The notes beneath the pieces were generated by a model. The model saw only the letters and a list, made by a program, of their open reading frames with translations. It had not been told where the DNA came from and made no database searches. The position numbers and the translations under genes were made by a program. A stretch of 64,000 nt of DNA from Paragordius varius (lineage: Eukaryota > Animalia > Nematomorpha), in contig OZ176055.1 of assembly GCA_964247055.1 (NCBI GenBank), forward strand, positions 5,456,001 to 5,520,000, read 5' to 3'. Shown one piece after another: positions 26,728 through 47,344 of the stretch (within the stretch, counting starts at the first letter, position 1; each line of letters begins with the position of its first letter).

Positions 26728-27570
26728 CAGAGCTTGGAACCTGTTTAAAAAAAGTGGAACCGGAACCACGTTGGTTCTTAAGAATTTAAAATAGAACCGG
26801 GCAATTCCTAAAATTTTGGAACAGGAACCGGGGTCGTCCTGAACACATGGAACCACCGCGATGTTTCCATAAAAATTTAGCGGTTCCTGAACCGGTTCGT
26901 TACATTTAGAACCGGTTCCGTTTTCGGTTCCGAATTTTTGGTTAAAACATCTTCTTAAAAATTATTAAAATAATAATACAACCAAATATTAACAATTATA
27001 AACAAACAATTTATTATAAATTTCCAATGTATAGTTAAAGAAATATAGTGTGATAAATTAAGTATGGCATCCAAAAACAATTTTATTTAAATTGACTACT
27101 TCTCATCTGAAAATATAAAATTAAGGGTGAAAAAACCCTTTCAAAGGAGACCTATTACGAACATATGTATTATAAATAAACTGAGTTATGATTATTAGAA
27201 TCGCCCGAAATTCAGAGAATATCGTTAATATAATATTAGGCGCTTAGTTTTAGATTTGAAGTATGTAATATGTAGTGTTAAAATCAAATTTAAATTATAA
27301 AATAAAAAATTTAAAATCATATGGGAACCAGTAAATAAAAGGATGGAACCGGAACCGGATTGGTTCCTGAACAATTGGAACCGGGTTGGCTCCTAAAAAT
27401 TTATGGATAAAACCGGGGTGGTTCCTGAAATTTCGGAATCGGTACCGGGTTAGGTTCCCAGAGAAGTGGAATCGGTACCGGGGTGGTTCCCAGAGAAGTG
27501 GAACCGGAACCGCGTTGGTTCCATGATGGAACCGGTTCTTGTTAAAATCTAAGAAACCAGGTTCTTGAGT
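26728..27570. repeat. GGAACCGG-rich MITE-derived repeat cluster related to the hAT-type MITEs at 39014 and 43299
   Basis: Starts CAGAGCTTGGAACC; many GGAACCGG/CCGGTTCC units at about 26730-26940 and 27320-27570; right end not resolved. Confidence 0.6.
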
Positions 27571-29620
27571 TATTTTTATAACACCCCATATATGACTTGT
27601 AAATTAATAATGTTTTGTAAGTCATTTTGGCTAAAAATATTAAACGTTGTTATCATATTAAAAAGTACAGTTTTCTAACTCCTAGAATCCGAAATTGGGA
27701 TTGCTTTTACACACGGTTGATTTTAAAACCAATGTGGCCCTAGAACAGGAGTGTCCAACATCTGGTTCCGGAGATGCTTGTGGCTCTTTGAAAATTTTGC
27801 GTGGTTCTTTAAAACAATTTGAAATAAAAAATTTATTGCAAACTTTAATTTTTGAATTATAGGCGAAACAAGCAGATTAATATTGATCTTTATTAAGACA
27901 TCGGGTTTTGTTTTAATAAAATTATAAAAGATTCCTCGTGGCTTATACATATATTTCTAATATATTCAAAAATTGCATGCTAAATACAGTTCAGCAGGAA
28001 TATAAGTGATGTAAGTTTTATATAAAAAATTCATCAATTTTCGGAATAAAATGATATATTCTATATTTGAGCTTTCATCAATGGCAGATATATAAAAAAT
28101 TAAGTTTCATTTGTCCATGCATTTTATCAAATTTTTTGTTTTTACACATATTAGTAAAATTTAACAGATTTAGCAATATAATAATATTTTTACTATTTAT
28201 TTTGTTAGTTATATGATTAACACGTCTATATATGTTTATATAATAAATTTATTTGATACTTATGTCGGGATAAATGTTACTTCAAGTGCGGCTCTTCAAG
28301 CCATTTGTGTTGAACACCCATCTAAAATGTAAAAGCTTTAAAACATTATTTTTTTACATTTTTAACCATTATAAACATATGCTTACCTGTTTAGCGATCG
28401 AAAGTTTTAAAGTAACAATTTTTTCAATTTTTCAATTTTAAAAATAATTTTTGATCATGCCCTCACAAGACTAAGGAAGAAATTGTTTTATTTGGCTAAA
28501 TCTCTTAAATATTTAGGATATAACATCGCTCTGGGCTACAAAACTACTCCGTAATGAAGTGTTAAACAAAATTTGTAGCTAATAACTTTTCCGGAAAAGG
28601 TGTAAGCCCATCCGAATACATGAGTCAAATTTTTATATTTATTAATAAATGTGCTGAGGAATTTCAACAGAGTTTTCTGGAAAACGTGTTGGTAAGTTCG
28701 GATTTTAATGGAATTATTTTACTCATCAAGTTTCTATGATGACTGAGCTATATTGTAAATTCGCATTAAGTTAGGCACCAAGCCTCTAAGAATTAGGTCT
28801 AAACAAATAGTGAATCATGTCTCCCAAAAACGGTCAGCTATAGTAAGGCGTTTTTTTCTTTTTTTGCGAATGTGGCGAGGGTGACTGAGCGAACAACTGT
28901 AAAATGAGTTAATATTGGTTTTGAAGCAAAATTCCTAAAAACGCGTAGGAATTCAAGAATGAATTATATTTACCAATGCTTAAAGGGCAACAAAGCCACT
29001 TTTTTATCCGACCTACCTTCTTGAAAAAGGTTTTTATCAACCAATACTGGTTTTAAAGCAATTTTTCGGTAAACCTCTTTAATACTATTTATGGGGGTAT
29101 AAAATATTGGTAAACGCTTTTTAATTGGCCGTAGTATAAAATACCCACCGAAATATAATAACGAATAATACACATAACAGAGATTTGTATAACCTCATTC
29201 TTATACATACCCTTTATAACTGCATCTTGGTTGATTACCTATTTATAGTCTTTAGTTTAGTCCCAACTTATGTGTAAATACAGTATCTCAAATAAACTTG
29301 ACGAATTTTTTGTGAAGCAAAACTTATAGTTAAAAATATTAAAAAAGTTATTTTAATATAGTTTGAGAAAATTTTTTGTATTTTAAGTGTGTTAAAAGAA
29401 AAACGCCATCATTTGAACTGATTATCCTTAATTTTCACTTTTTGCCCGATTTCGATTTTCTCTCAATAAAACTAGGTCGTAAACAAATAAAAAATTTTAA
29501 GGCAAATGAATATGCTGGTCACAATCTACCTCATGAAAAAATTATTTTGTTAAAAAAAATTTCAACAGTATATATATACACAATAAAAATATATATTATA
29601 TATATGTAAAGACAATTAAG

Positions 29621-30510
29621 TTAAAATTTATAAAAATATAATTTGATGGCCAACTTCATCAAGGCCTTCTTTCTTTTGCTAAATTGTGGCCACTTCGTCA
29701 CATTAACATTCTTTAGGCCATTTCCTTCAAGTTTTAACTATAATTTATTCTATATCAAATGATTATAAATGTAAAATATTATAATTTTATTATAATATAA
29801 ATTTAGACGGCGTTATTTAAATATATTAGATAAAAGCTAACAGTTATAACGCAAATTAAGATTTTTATTGCTAATTTACAAAATTTATTCAAAGGTAAAT
29901 AATTTAAATTATCTTTTGATAACACATACTGATATCAATAAAGAATTGACAAATTTCGAATGTTAATGGTTAAAAAACTGACTAATATTATTAATTCACC
30001 GGGTGACCAACCGCCATCTACATTTTCATTGATTGCACAATAATTGCCTTTTTTCAAATTCATTGGAAAAAGTTCAGGAAGTGGAGAAAAATCTATTTAA
30101 AATAATTCTTAATATATATATATAACTGGTTTTCATTAGAAAATGAAGCTGATCTCTTGTTTGAAATTTGTTCCTTTGAATCAGTAAGCATATGCTTTTT
30201 GTCAGGTATTGTGCGCGAACGTTTTTGCCTTATCTTCCCTTTTCCTTCGATCTTATCAGATTTTTTCAAAATAACTCTAATCAATGGGATACAAATTATA
30301 TTGATTTTAAATATGGGAATAAGGCATTATATAATGTAATTTTCTTATGAAGTTAAGATAATACTTAAGTACCCGTTAAAAGTTCGCCTTTCTACAAAGT
30401 ATTTGCAATAAATAAATTAAAATATGTATATCTATAATGCAAATCTATGCCCTTAACCCTCTTCGATAGTTTAACACTTTTAATCAAGGAGAATTTAAGC
30501 GATATGTTGT
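29621..30510 (-). pseudogene. Degenerate inverted paralog of the orphan gene at 33249-34220
   Basis: The last two exons are intact (30092-30000 FSPLPELFPMNLKKGNYCAINENVDGGWSP; 29724-29621 NGLKNVNVTKWPQFSKRKKALMKLAIKLYFYKF*). The ATG is lost, the first donor reads AT instead of GT, exon 2 is partly deleted and the exon 3 donor region is deleted. Confidence 0.7.
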
Positions 30511-31481
30511 TTGAAAATATTTAAATTTTTAATGTTTTCAATTCATTAGATTGATCCAAATCAGATGTTCTAGATGTTTTATTTAAGGTTAGTGTTCAAT
30601 ACAAATATAAGTATGAATTTTATTAATTTTAAAAATGGCGTAGAAATTAGCTTGCCAAAAGATTATTGCCTTTTTAGTATAAAATTGCTTAAAACCTGTA
30701 TGATATGATAGTATATGATGGTTTAAGCCATATGATCAATATGTTAAGGAGTATTATTATAAAATAAGCGCAAGTTATCATTACTGTTTCCCCTAAACTC
30801 ACATATGCGGGTGAAAATTTAGATAAATCAAACTTTTTAATCAATGCCCCAAGGCTTTTGCTGTGAAGGGGATTGGAGAGTTTTCTGCAAACTGAAACTA
30901 TCAAACAAGATTGAGCTGGTGTCACACCAGATACTGATAGTAATTATCATAATAATTGGCGTGTAATGCAATAATAACCCAGATTCGTTAATATGTTGAT
31001 TGAATTAAGATATGACGCTTATAATATTTAAAATTTGTTAATATCAAATTTTATATATTAAAAATTTAGCTCCGATCTATCTGCGACATGCGAAATTGTC
31101 TGAATAAATTTAGCTTTATATGTGTTATACATGGTACACCATTCTTGATACAAAAAATATTTTTAGCCTCACAAATTTCTTTGGTGAATTCCAGTGGTGA
31201 CTGTTTCCATCGTGCTTTAAAACACCAACAAATACGCTTCGACCAGACTTTGACAACATTCTAATAAAGCAAACGCATTTTATAATTTATATAGTTGTCG
31301 TAATTAATTATGCTTAGAATTTTTTTCCGGACACCTAAAATTTTATTTCAAAAAAATTAGCCAATTCTTTAAGGTGCAAAAATATGACACTTTCAAAATA
31401 TTATTCGTCTTTTTAAGGTACAAAATATTTTGGAAATAAACACTCGGCTTCTAACTTTGGGATATATTTTATAGGTAAATA

Positions 31482-32733
31482 TACCATTTCCCAGTTCAGA
31501 AAAACGTTTTCCCAGTCAATCGAAACGTTTTCCCAGTCAATCGAAACGTTTTCCCAGTCAATCGAAACGTTTTCCCAGTCAATAAAAACGTTCCCAGTCA
31601 ATAAAAACGGTTTTATTTTTAATGATAAATGTCAAAACAAGATATACCATTATCAGCGTAATATTAGGATATTCTTTTTTATAAAAGCACAATTATTGAA
31701 TGACAATTTTTCCAATTATATTCTAGTGCTCAATCATTAATGACTTATCTTTAAAAGTTATATTTTTTGGAATTTAAGATATTTTTAAGATAATATGTTT
31801 TATCTATGATTCGCTTTAATATTTGGGGCTAATTTAAAAAATCTATAGTTACGGATGAAATAATAAAATTCATAAAATATACCATTTTTATCTCAAAGGT
31901 CATATAACACTTCATATTAGATCTTAAACATAATTTTTACCCTAATTTTATAATATTTATCATTTGGTCCATCAGGGGCCCAACGCGGCCTTCCGAGTAA
32001 CTTTGTGCGGCCCGCGAAAAATTTGGAAATCCATAAGCAAAAATATCTCCACATATTTCTTACGCAATTATTCTGACCTAGTCTATTAAATTGGTAACGA
32101 ATCAAAAAAAATATTATATTGTGTTTGTAATTTACAGTCTTATGTCTAATCGAAAAATTATTTGAATGCCCGTATTCGAATGCGGAAAGTTAAAAATGTG
32201 GCCCGCGAAGACATTTAGTTAAACACCCTTGTTTAGTCAAATATCCTTTTTATTAAATATTTTTAAATACCTTTTTATCAAAAAAATATTTTGTTTAAAT
32301 ATTTTTTCCGACAGTATTTTCATCGACAAACTTGACATGTTTAAAAATTGTTTTGAAGCGTTCCGCAAATCGATAAAACAAAAAATATTATCTTAAAAAT
32401 ATCTCAAATTCCAAAAAAAGCTTTCAAGAATAAGTCATAAATGATTGTGCACTAGAATATAATTGGAAAAATTGTCATTCAATAATTGTGCTTTTATCAA
32501 AAAGAATATCCTAATATTACGCTGATAATGGTTAAAAGTTATTTTTATATCTTGTTTTGACATTTATCATTAAAAATAAAACCGTTTTTATTGACTGGGA
32601 AACGTTTTTATTGACTGGGAAAATATTTCGATTGACTGGGAAAACCTTTCGATTGACTGGGAAAACGTTTCGATTGATTGGGAAAATGTTTCGATTGAGT
32701 GGGAAAACGTTTTTTTTTGACTGGGAAATGGTA
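31482..32733. mobile_element. Foldback-like TA-flanked non-autonomous element with roughly 350-bp inverted arms containing 21-bp arrays (family B)
   Basis: TA|TACCATTTCCCAGT ... ACTGGGAAATGGTA|TA; arrays of CCCAGTCAATCGAAACGTTTT at about 31488-31607 and, inverted, 32590-32727; the arms stay highly similar to about 31830/32380 apart from a 15-bp indel. Confidence 0.8.
31960..32232. mobile_element. hAT-type MITE fragment nested in the foldback spacer
   Basis: GCGGCCCGCG / GTGGCCCGCG subterminal motifs and an end AACACCCTTG similar to other GGCCCGC-type MITE ends in the window (about 25470-25660 and 27745). Confidence 0.4.
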
Positions 32734-33248
32734 TAGCATAAAATAAAAAAAAATCTATGGCCCAATAAGGTGTTAAGATCATCTTATACTATCAGGTAAG
32801 ATACACACACCCACCCATATATATATATATATATATATATATATCATTAGGTTTTTTGGATGAGTCTATAGTATATACTATAATATTTTTAAGGTGAAAT
32901 GATTTATAATTGTCCTTAGCAAAAATTAAGAGTTTTTAGCATGTTGCAACACCAAATAAATTTCAAGTTTGGTGATGTGAATTTAACTATCGTTCTTTCA
33001 TCGTAATATTATAATATCTTTACAATTTTATCGATTATATAGCTTAATTCAAATCATATATTTGCAATTTATACTAATGACAATTCTTTTTATTCCCTGC
33101 TTTTTTTGCGCCAATTTTAAAATTAATAGAACTCATAGTTCTATTTGTATTGATATCATTAACATTAATCATAAATAAATAGAATATTCTAATTTAAATC
33201 AATCTAACCTATTAACAAATTTAAAAACTTCCAAACAACATATCGCAA

Positions 33249-34220
33249 ATGAAATTGACCCTGATTAAAAGTGTTAAACTATCGAAGAGGGTTATGGGCA
33301 TAGGTTTGCATTATAGATATACATATTTTAATTTATTTATTGCAAAAAATCAATATCTTTTACAGATGTAAAGAAAGTGGTGCGCTGGCCATTCCGTTTT
33401 CTTAAGAAGGGCGAAACATTAAAGGGTAATGCAAGTATTAGCTTAACTTTATAAGAAAATTACTTTGAATATTGCGCTACTCATTTTTAAAATCAATATA
33501 TTTTTCCCAATTGATTACAGAGATTTTGCAAAATGATAAGATAGAAGGGAAAGAAAATCACATGAAGCAAAAATGTTCGAGTATAATCCCTGACAAAGGG
33601 GATATGTTTTTGGATTCCAAGGAACAAATCTCAAACAAGAGTACAGTTTCCATTTCTAATGAAAATCAGTTTGAGGATTGGTCTTTCACTCTCTCGCCTA
33701 CAAGTATGATTTATTATAGAGTTGATTTAATTTTTTCGATTCTCTTATATAACGAAAAAATTAAAATAGATTTTTCTCCACTTCCTGAACTCTTTCCAAT
33801 GAACTTGAAAAAAAGGAATCATTGTGCAATCAATGAAGATGTAGATAGCGATTGGTCGCCCTGTAAGTTATTGAATTATTAATCATTTAAAAAAATTAAA
33901 CCATAAAATTCCCCTCATAGGCATTAAAAATAATATAATATTAGTTACCTTTGAATAATTTCGGTATTTCAGCAATAGCAATGTAAATATAAGACTTTAT
34001 AACTATATCTAACTTATTTTAATAACGCATTCTAAATTTATATTATGCCTCTTAAAAATATGGTTTTTACATTTAACATTATATAAGTGTAATAATATTA
34101 TAATAACTATTTATAGGGAATGGCCGTAAGAATGTTAACGTGACGAAATGGCCAGAATTTAGCAAAAGAGAGAAGGGCTTGATGAAGCTGGCCATTAAAT
34201 TATATTTTTATAAATTTTAA
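33249..34220 (+). CDS. Orphan 167-aa basic protein, five exons, function unknown
   Basis: Exons 33249-33303, 33366-33434, 33521-33703, 33770-33862, 34117-34220 (504 nt), all GT-AG and phase 1, open from ATG to TAA: MKLTLIKSVKLSKRVMGIDVKKVVRWPFRFLKKGETLKGNAKILQNDKIEGKENHMKQKCSS...FSPLPELFPMNLKKRNHCAINEDVDSDWSPWNGRKNVNVTKWPEFSKREKGLMKLAIKLYFYKF*. The inverted paralog keeps exons 4-5 indel-free with several synonymous changes. Confidence 0.6.
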
Positions 34221-34267
34221 ATTGATTGTCCTTACATATAAATATATAAATATACATACCTATATTC

Positions 34268-34298
<31 letters not shown>

Positions 34299-35569
34299 CT
34301 AGAGTTAATCTCGTGCTGCTACGCAGCCCGAGAAAGTCCTTCGAACTTCTGGGGGGACTATTTGAAAAAAGGGAAAATAAAATGATCCACATATGTGAAT
34401 TATTTCGAAACATTATTTAATAGCTATGATCTCATAGAAATTTCTAAATGGTGCATTCATACTAATATATTATTTACTTGGGGGAAAAATAGATTCAAAA
34501 AATTATTTTTGTGGACTTTGTTTTTTGAAAAAAATGGCATTTTACGGGCGGAGCGGGTAAAAAGAGGGCCTAAATTAAAAAAGGGAGACGACTATGTTTG
34601 GCGGAATCAAAAATAACTAAACAAAAATTTTATTTGAATAATGGTCCAACACGTTCTCCGGAAAATTGTCTCAAAGACACGATTTTTGTGGACTTCTGTT
34701 TTCAAAAACACATTTTTCACACGGGGTGGGCCCGAACAGGGGGCCTAATTCAAAAAAAGGGCGAAGCCATGGTCGGGGCATTCATTAATGATTATATTTT
34801 ATTCATATTTGGATTTGAATGGGTTTACCGGTTTTCCGGAAACAGATCACAAAGCCAGCATTTTCCATTTTTATAAATATATAGATTTTACTTCTCATAT
34901 ACTCTGTACCCATCCTATTTCCAATTCTTACCTGCTTAATTGGAACTATATACCCACTGCTGATACATCCCAAATTGATTACACGTCTTTTACCCCAAAT
35001 CTTATCTTTTACATTTACCCATTCCATTTTTATATTATTTGGATTCATTACATTTATATATTTTTTTGGTTATATATTTTAATTATTATACCCTATCCTA
35101 ACAACATATATCTTACATCTTCCCCTACAATTTTTACCTATACTTTGCATTTATCTTATTTTATATATATATTTGGACCTCACATTTTTAATTACATCAT
35201 AACCATTTCATCCCACATCCTTATATTTCACACTCCTCTCACACCAAACCTTCTCCTTTATCTATTTTCCTATCCATTTTTATATCATTTGGTCTTATTA
35301 TATCTATTTTGGATCTTTTATTACATTTTTTATAGTCACATTTTAAATTTATCTATTATTATATTTTGGATCATTTTTTTGGATTTTATATATTGATATA
35401 CCTCATCTCCATTTCATTCCCACCATTCATCTATACACTCACCTTACTGCAAACCTCACCTTTTACATCTTCACTTTACCTACCATTTCATCCTCATACA
35501 ACACCCGCACACCTTACATAACCTTAATATTAATTCCGCTCCTAGATCGATCTCTTTATATAGTAATGA
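34299..35569 (-). mobile_element. Non-autonomous Helitron, about 1.27 kb
   Basis: On the minus strand it begins A|TCATTACTATATAAAGAG and ends with the hairpin CTCGGGCTGC-GTA-GCAGCACGAG followed by ATTAACTCTAG|T, i.e. 5'-TC, 3' hairpin plus CTAG, inserted between A and T with no TSD. Confidence 0.85.
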
Positions 35570-37515
35570 TTTAATGTATTTATTGCCTTAATGATTCATA
35601 GTTTATAATGATTTATATACACAAATGAATAAATAATTTTTCAGTTTATAATTCATATGATTTGGTTGGAAAGATAATATACTTTTGTTAACATGTATAA
35701 TCTGGGCTTTCTTATTATCCCAAAAATCAAAATTTTTCGTTGCGCTAAGAATGGGGGCATCTTTTTTTAAATTGGTCCACATAATTTGTCAAATGTTTTG
35801 GAAATATACAAGGCCCCAAAATGTTGTAACCGAAGAGATTTTCCTAAAAAGAGGGATACTCATTCAAATAAATTTTTATTCTCTATAAACGCATAGATAC
35901 AAGTAGAGCCTCTTTTTTGGAATAAGAAGGCTCAGTCGTGACTAAAAAGCTGTTTCGGGGTAGCATTTGGATTTTCAATACCTTTTTCAAATTAATATTA
36001 AAAATGCATATTTTGGTTAATTTATTATTTTTGGTAATTTTGGACCCCAAAGCGATTTTTCCGAATATTTAAAAAGAATTTAATATATTGGGATCATTAA
36101 AATATATAATTTCTTTAGCCGTTTAGGCGCAAGATTCAAGTTTTTTTATGATGTAAATTAAAAAAAATCTCAAATTTTACGGCATTTTTTTCTTAAATTT
36201 TTTAATTCGCTAATACAACAGTTAAATATATAGTATGGCTAATAATATAAATAATCTCAAAGAAAAGAGTAAAATAAGCTTTTTTTGTTACAGGAGATCA
36301 TTTTGAAATTAAATTTTAATCAACAACATTCATAGCAGTTTATTTACTGTTTAAGCTCTGGGATAGTAAACACAAAATGATATCATCTGCTAAATTGATT
36401 AAGAAATGAATGAATAGGAAATATTTGCTGCTTAAAATTAAGACTTTGTGCCATGTGCTTAATAATCCACAAAATCCTAAAATTTTAATTAAGCAAAGAA
36501 AAAATAACTTTTTTGATACAAATTTTAGCATATATTAGTAAGGTTACCGCGCATCGGCATTTTTGTCTTATTTTTTGACTAGCTAGTTTCAGAGAGTTAA
36601 TTCGAAGCTTTCTAAACCCACATCTAAAAAATTAAATTTTATAATGCTATTGGAATAAAACAATTAGGTTCCAAACAGCTTATTGTATGCTGTTACGATA
36701 TTTACAAATATAAATTTTCTTGAATGACTTGTAACGCCAAAAAATCATGAGTATCTTGATATATTATTCTATCAGAGTATTTAAATAATCAGGTGGCTTC
36801 ATGTGCATAGTGTTATTAGAGATATAAAAACCCAAATAAAATCGGCGGCGAAAATTGTTAAGATGAGGATTTTAGATTTAATAATATTTCAAAAAAATTA
36901 AATCAAGCGCCAAACAGGCTCAGGTTTTTTAATTTGGTCTATTAACTTAATACATTTTTAGATATATCTATGGGGTACATACTCAACAATGTAATAAATG
37001 TTAGGTAAGATTTTTGTGGTATATTTTTGAAAAAAAGCACCGATTCTGATGCACACTAATATTGCAACAGTTCTGAAATGTTTTAGAAGTTTAAAATAGT
37101 ATTTATAAATTTTTTGTACCGTTTACATCATAGTTAAACCATATAACACACCTACACCAAATAAAACTCCTAAGCCTATGCATTTTTAAAATATCGGATT
37201 TTCTTAAAATCTTGATTTGGTAAAAATTATCTATTTCGACATTTTTAATCTTTAAAACTGAAACATCAAGGGTGTATTATTGATAAATTATTATTTGATG
37301 TTTAATTAATTAATTAAAGTATGTAGCTGCTAAAAATTATATAGCATAATACACTAGTGATTAATTGTTGAGCTATCACCACAAAAGTCTAATTTTTTTT
37401 AGTCTTGCAAGTCCCCAAATCAAAAGCAATATGAGATCAAATATTTTTTTGCAAATTGATCATTTGCCAAAACAAATATTGTTACAAACATTGTACCAGT
37501 CTGTTAACGTGCTGT

Positions 37516-46089
<8,574 letters not shown>

Positions 46090-47344
46090 ATCACTTAAAT
46101 AAACATAATCACCCAATTAAATTAATACACATATATAATTAACATCACTTCTGGGATCAGGTGCACATATGAAATCTTACAATTACGCTAAATATATTAT
46201 ACATAATAAATGTATTTAATTTTATTTATTTATGATAACTTTGTCTTATTTATCCTAAGTCGCTTTTGATCAGTGATTTTGATGATTTATTTGTCAAGAT
46301 TTATTCTTTTTGATGTTGAGAATTGATATGCAGAGCCGTTTTATTTTATTTAATAAGTAAAAGAGACTGACATATCAATCATAGTTACAATTTAAATAAA
46401 ATATGAATAAAATACCTATTAAATTTGTACATCTCATCAACCGATTAATAAAACCACAAAAACTTTCCAAATTAATTAACACTCTTGATCTTTAGTGGTA
46501 GTTTAATATCCCAGATCAATTTAAAATTCTATCTTTAAAATATTTAGGGTATTAGCTCGAATTTAAAATACAATTTTAATAAAATATAAAATTGAAAAAA
46601 CATCTCAAACTTTTTTGCCGCCATTTTTTTACTTAAATATGTTTAAATAGCAACAACAGGCAATCAAATGTATATTATTGTTAGAAAATAAATAATTAAC
46701 TTTAGTAAGCTTTCAAGTTGCTTACCAGCAAAAACTTTAGTTATTGATTTAAAATCAGCTATTGTGTTTTTAGGATGTCCTAATTTTAGACTCTAGAAGT
46801 CAAAAACTGTAAGATATAAGTTTTTTTCAAACAGAGAATAACGTCTGATATTAACTCAAATAAATTTAAAATTAGTTTATTTACAAGATTAAGTGGGATA
46901 GGTTTTATTGTTAAATAAGATCTTGTATTGCCTATTCATTTTCTCATTAAATATAAATTTTTTGTAAAAAATTTCAAAAGTTCACGTAGTAAAATTATAT
47001 ATATAGCTAGCAGAACGAAATTCCAGTATTATAAATTTACTATTTATTAACATTTACCCATTTACAAATCATTAATAGCATTATTCACAAAATATAAAAT
47101 TATTGCAAATCGCTTGAAAGATTGATTCAATAGCCACTCTAAATAATAAATGATTGACCTTTTTAAAAATTGTATCAAAACATTTAAAGGTGAAATTGGA
47201 CAAACAAAAATGTTAAAAGCAAATTATGCCAAAAAATTTAAAGCAATCGCATAAAATAAAGCCATTAGAGAAAGTGAAAGGGAATGTAAATAGTGAATTT
47301 TATAAATAATTAGCAAAAATGTCAATTTCTCTGAGTTATGGATG

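Noticed and set aside
31488-32727. 21-bp repeat arrays as CRISPR-like arrays or repeat proteins (SIDWENV, FSQSIET, PINRNVF ORFs)
   Set aside because: The units are directly adjacent with no spacers, there are no cas genes, and the context is eukaryotic. The ORFs are translations of transposon subterminal repeats.
34788-35396. 202-aa Ile/Tyr/Phe-rich ORF resembling a membrane or mitochondrial-type protein
   Set aside because: It sits inside the Helitron in a G-depleted, strand-biased tract that lacks stop codons by composition; no motif is recognisable.
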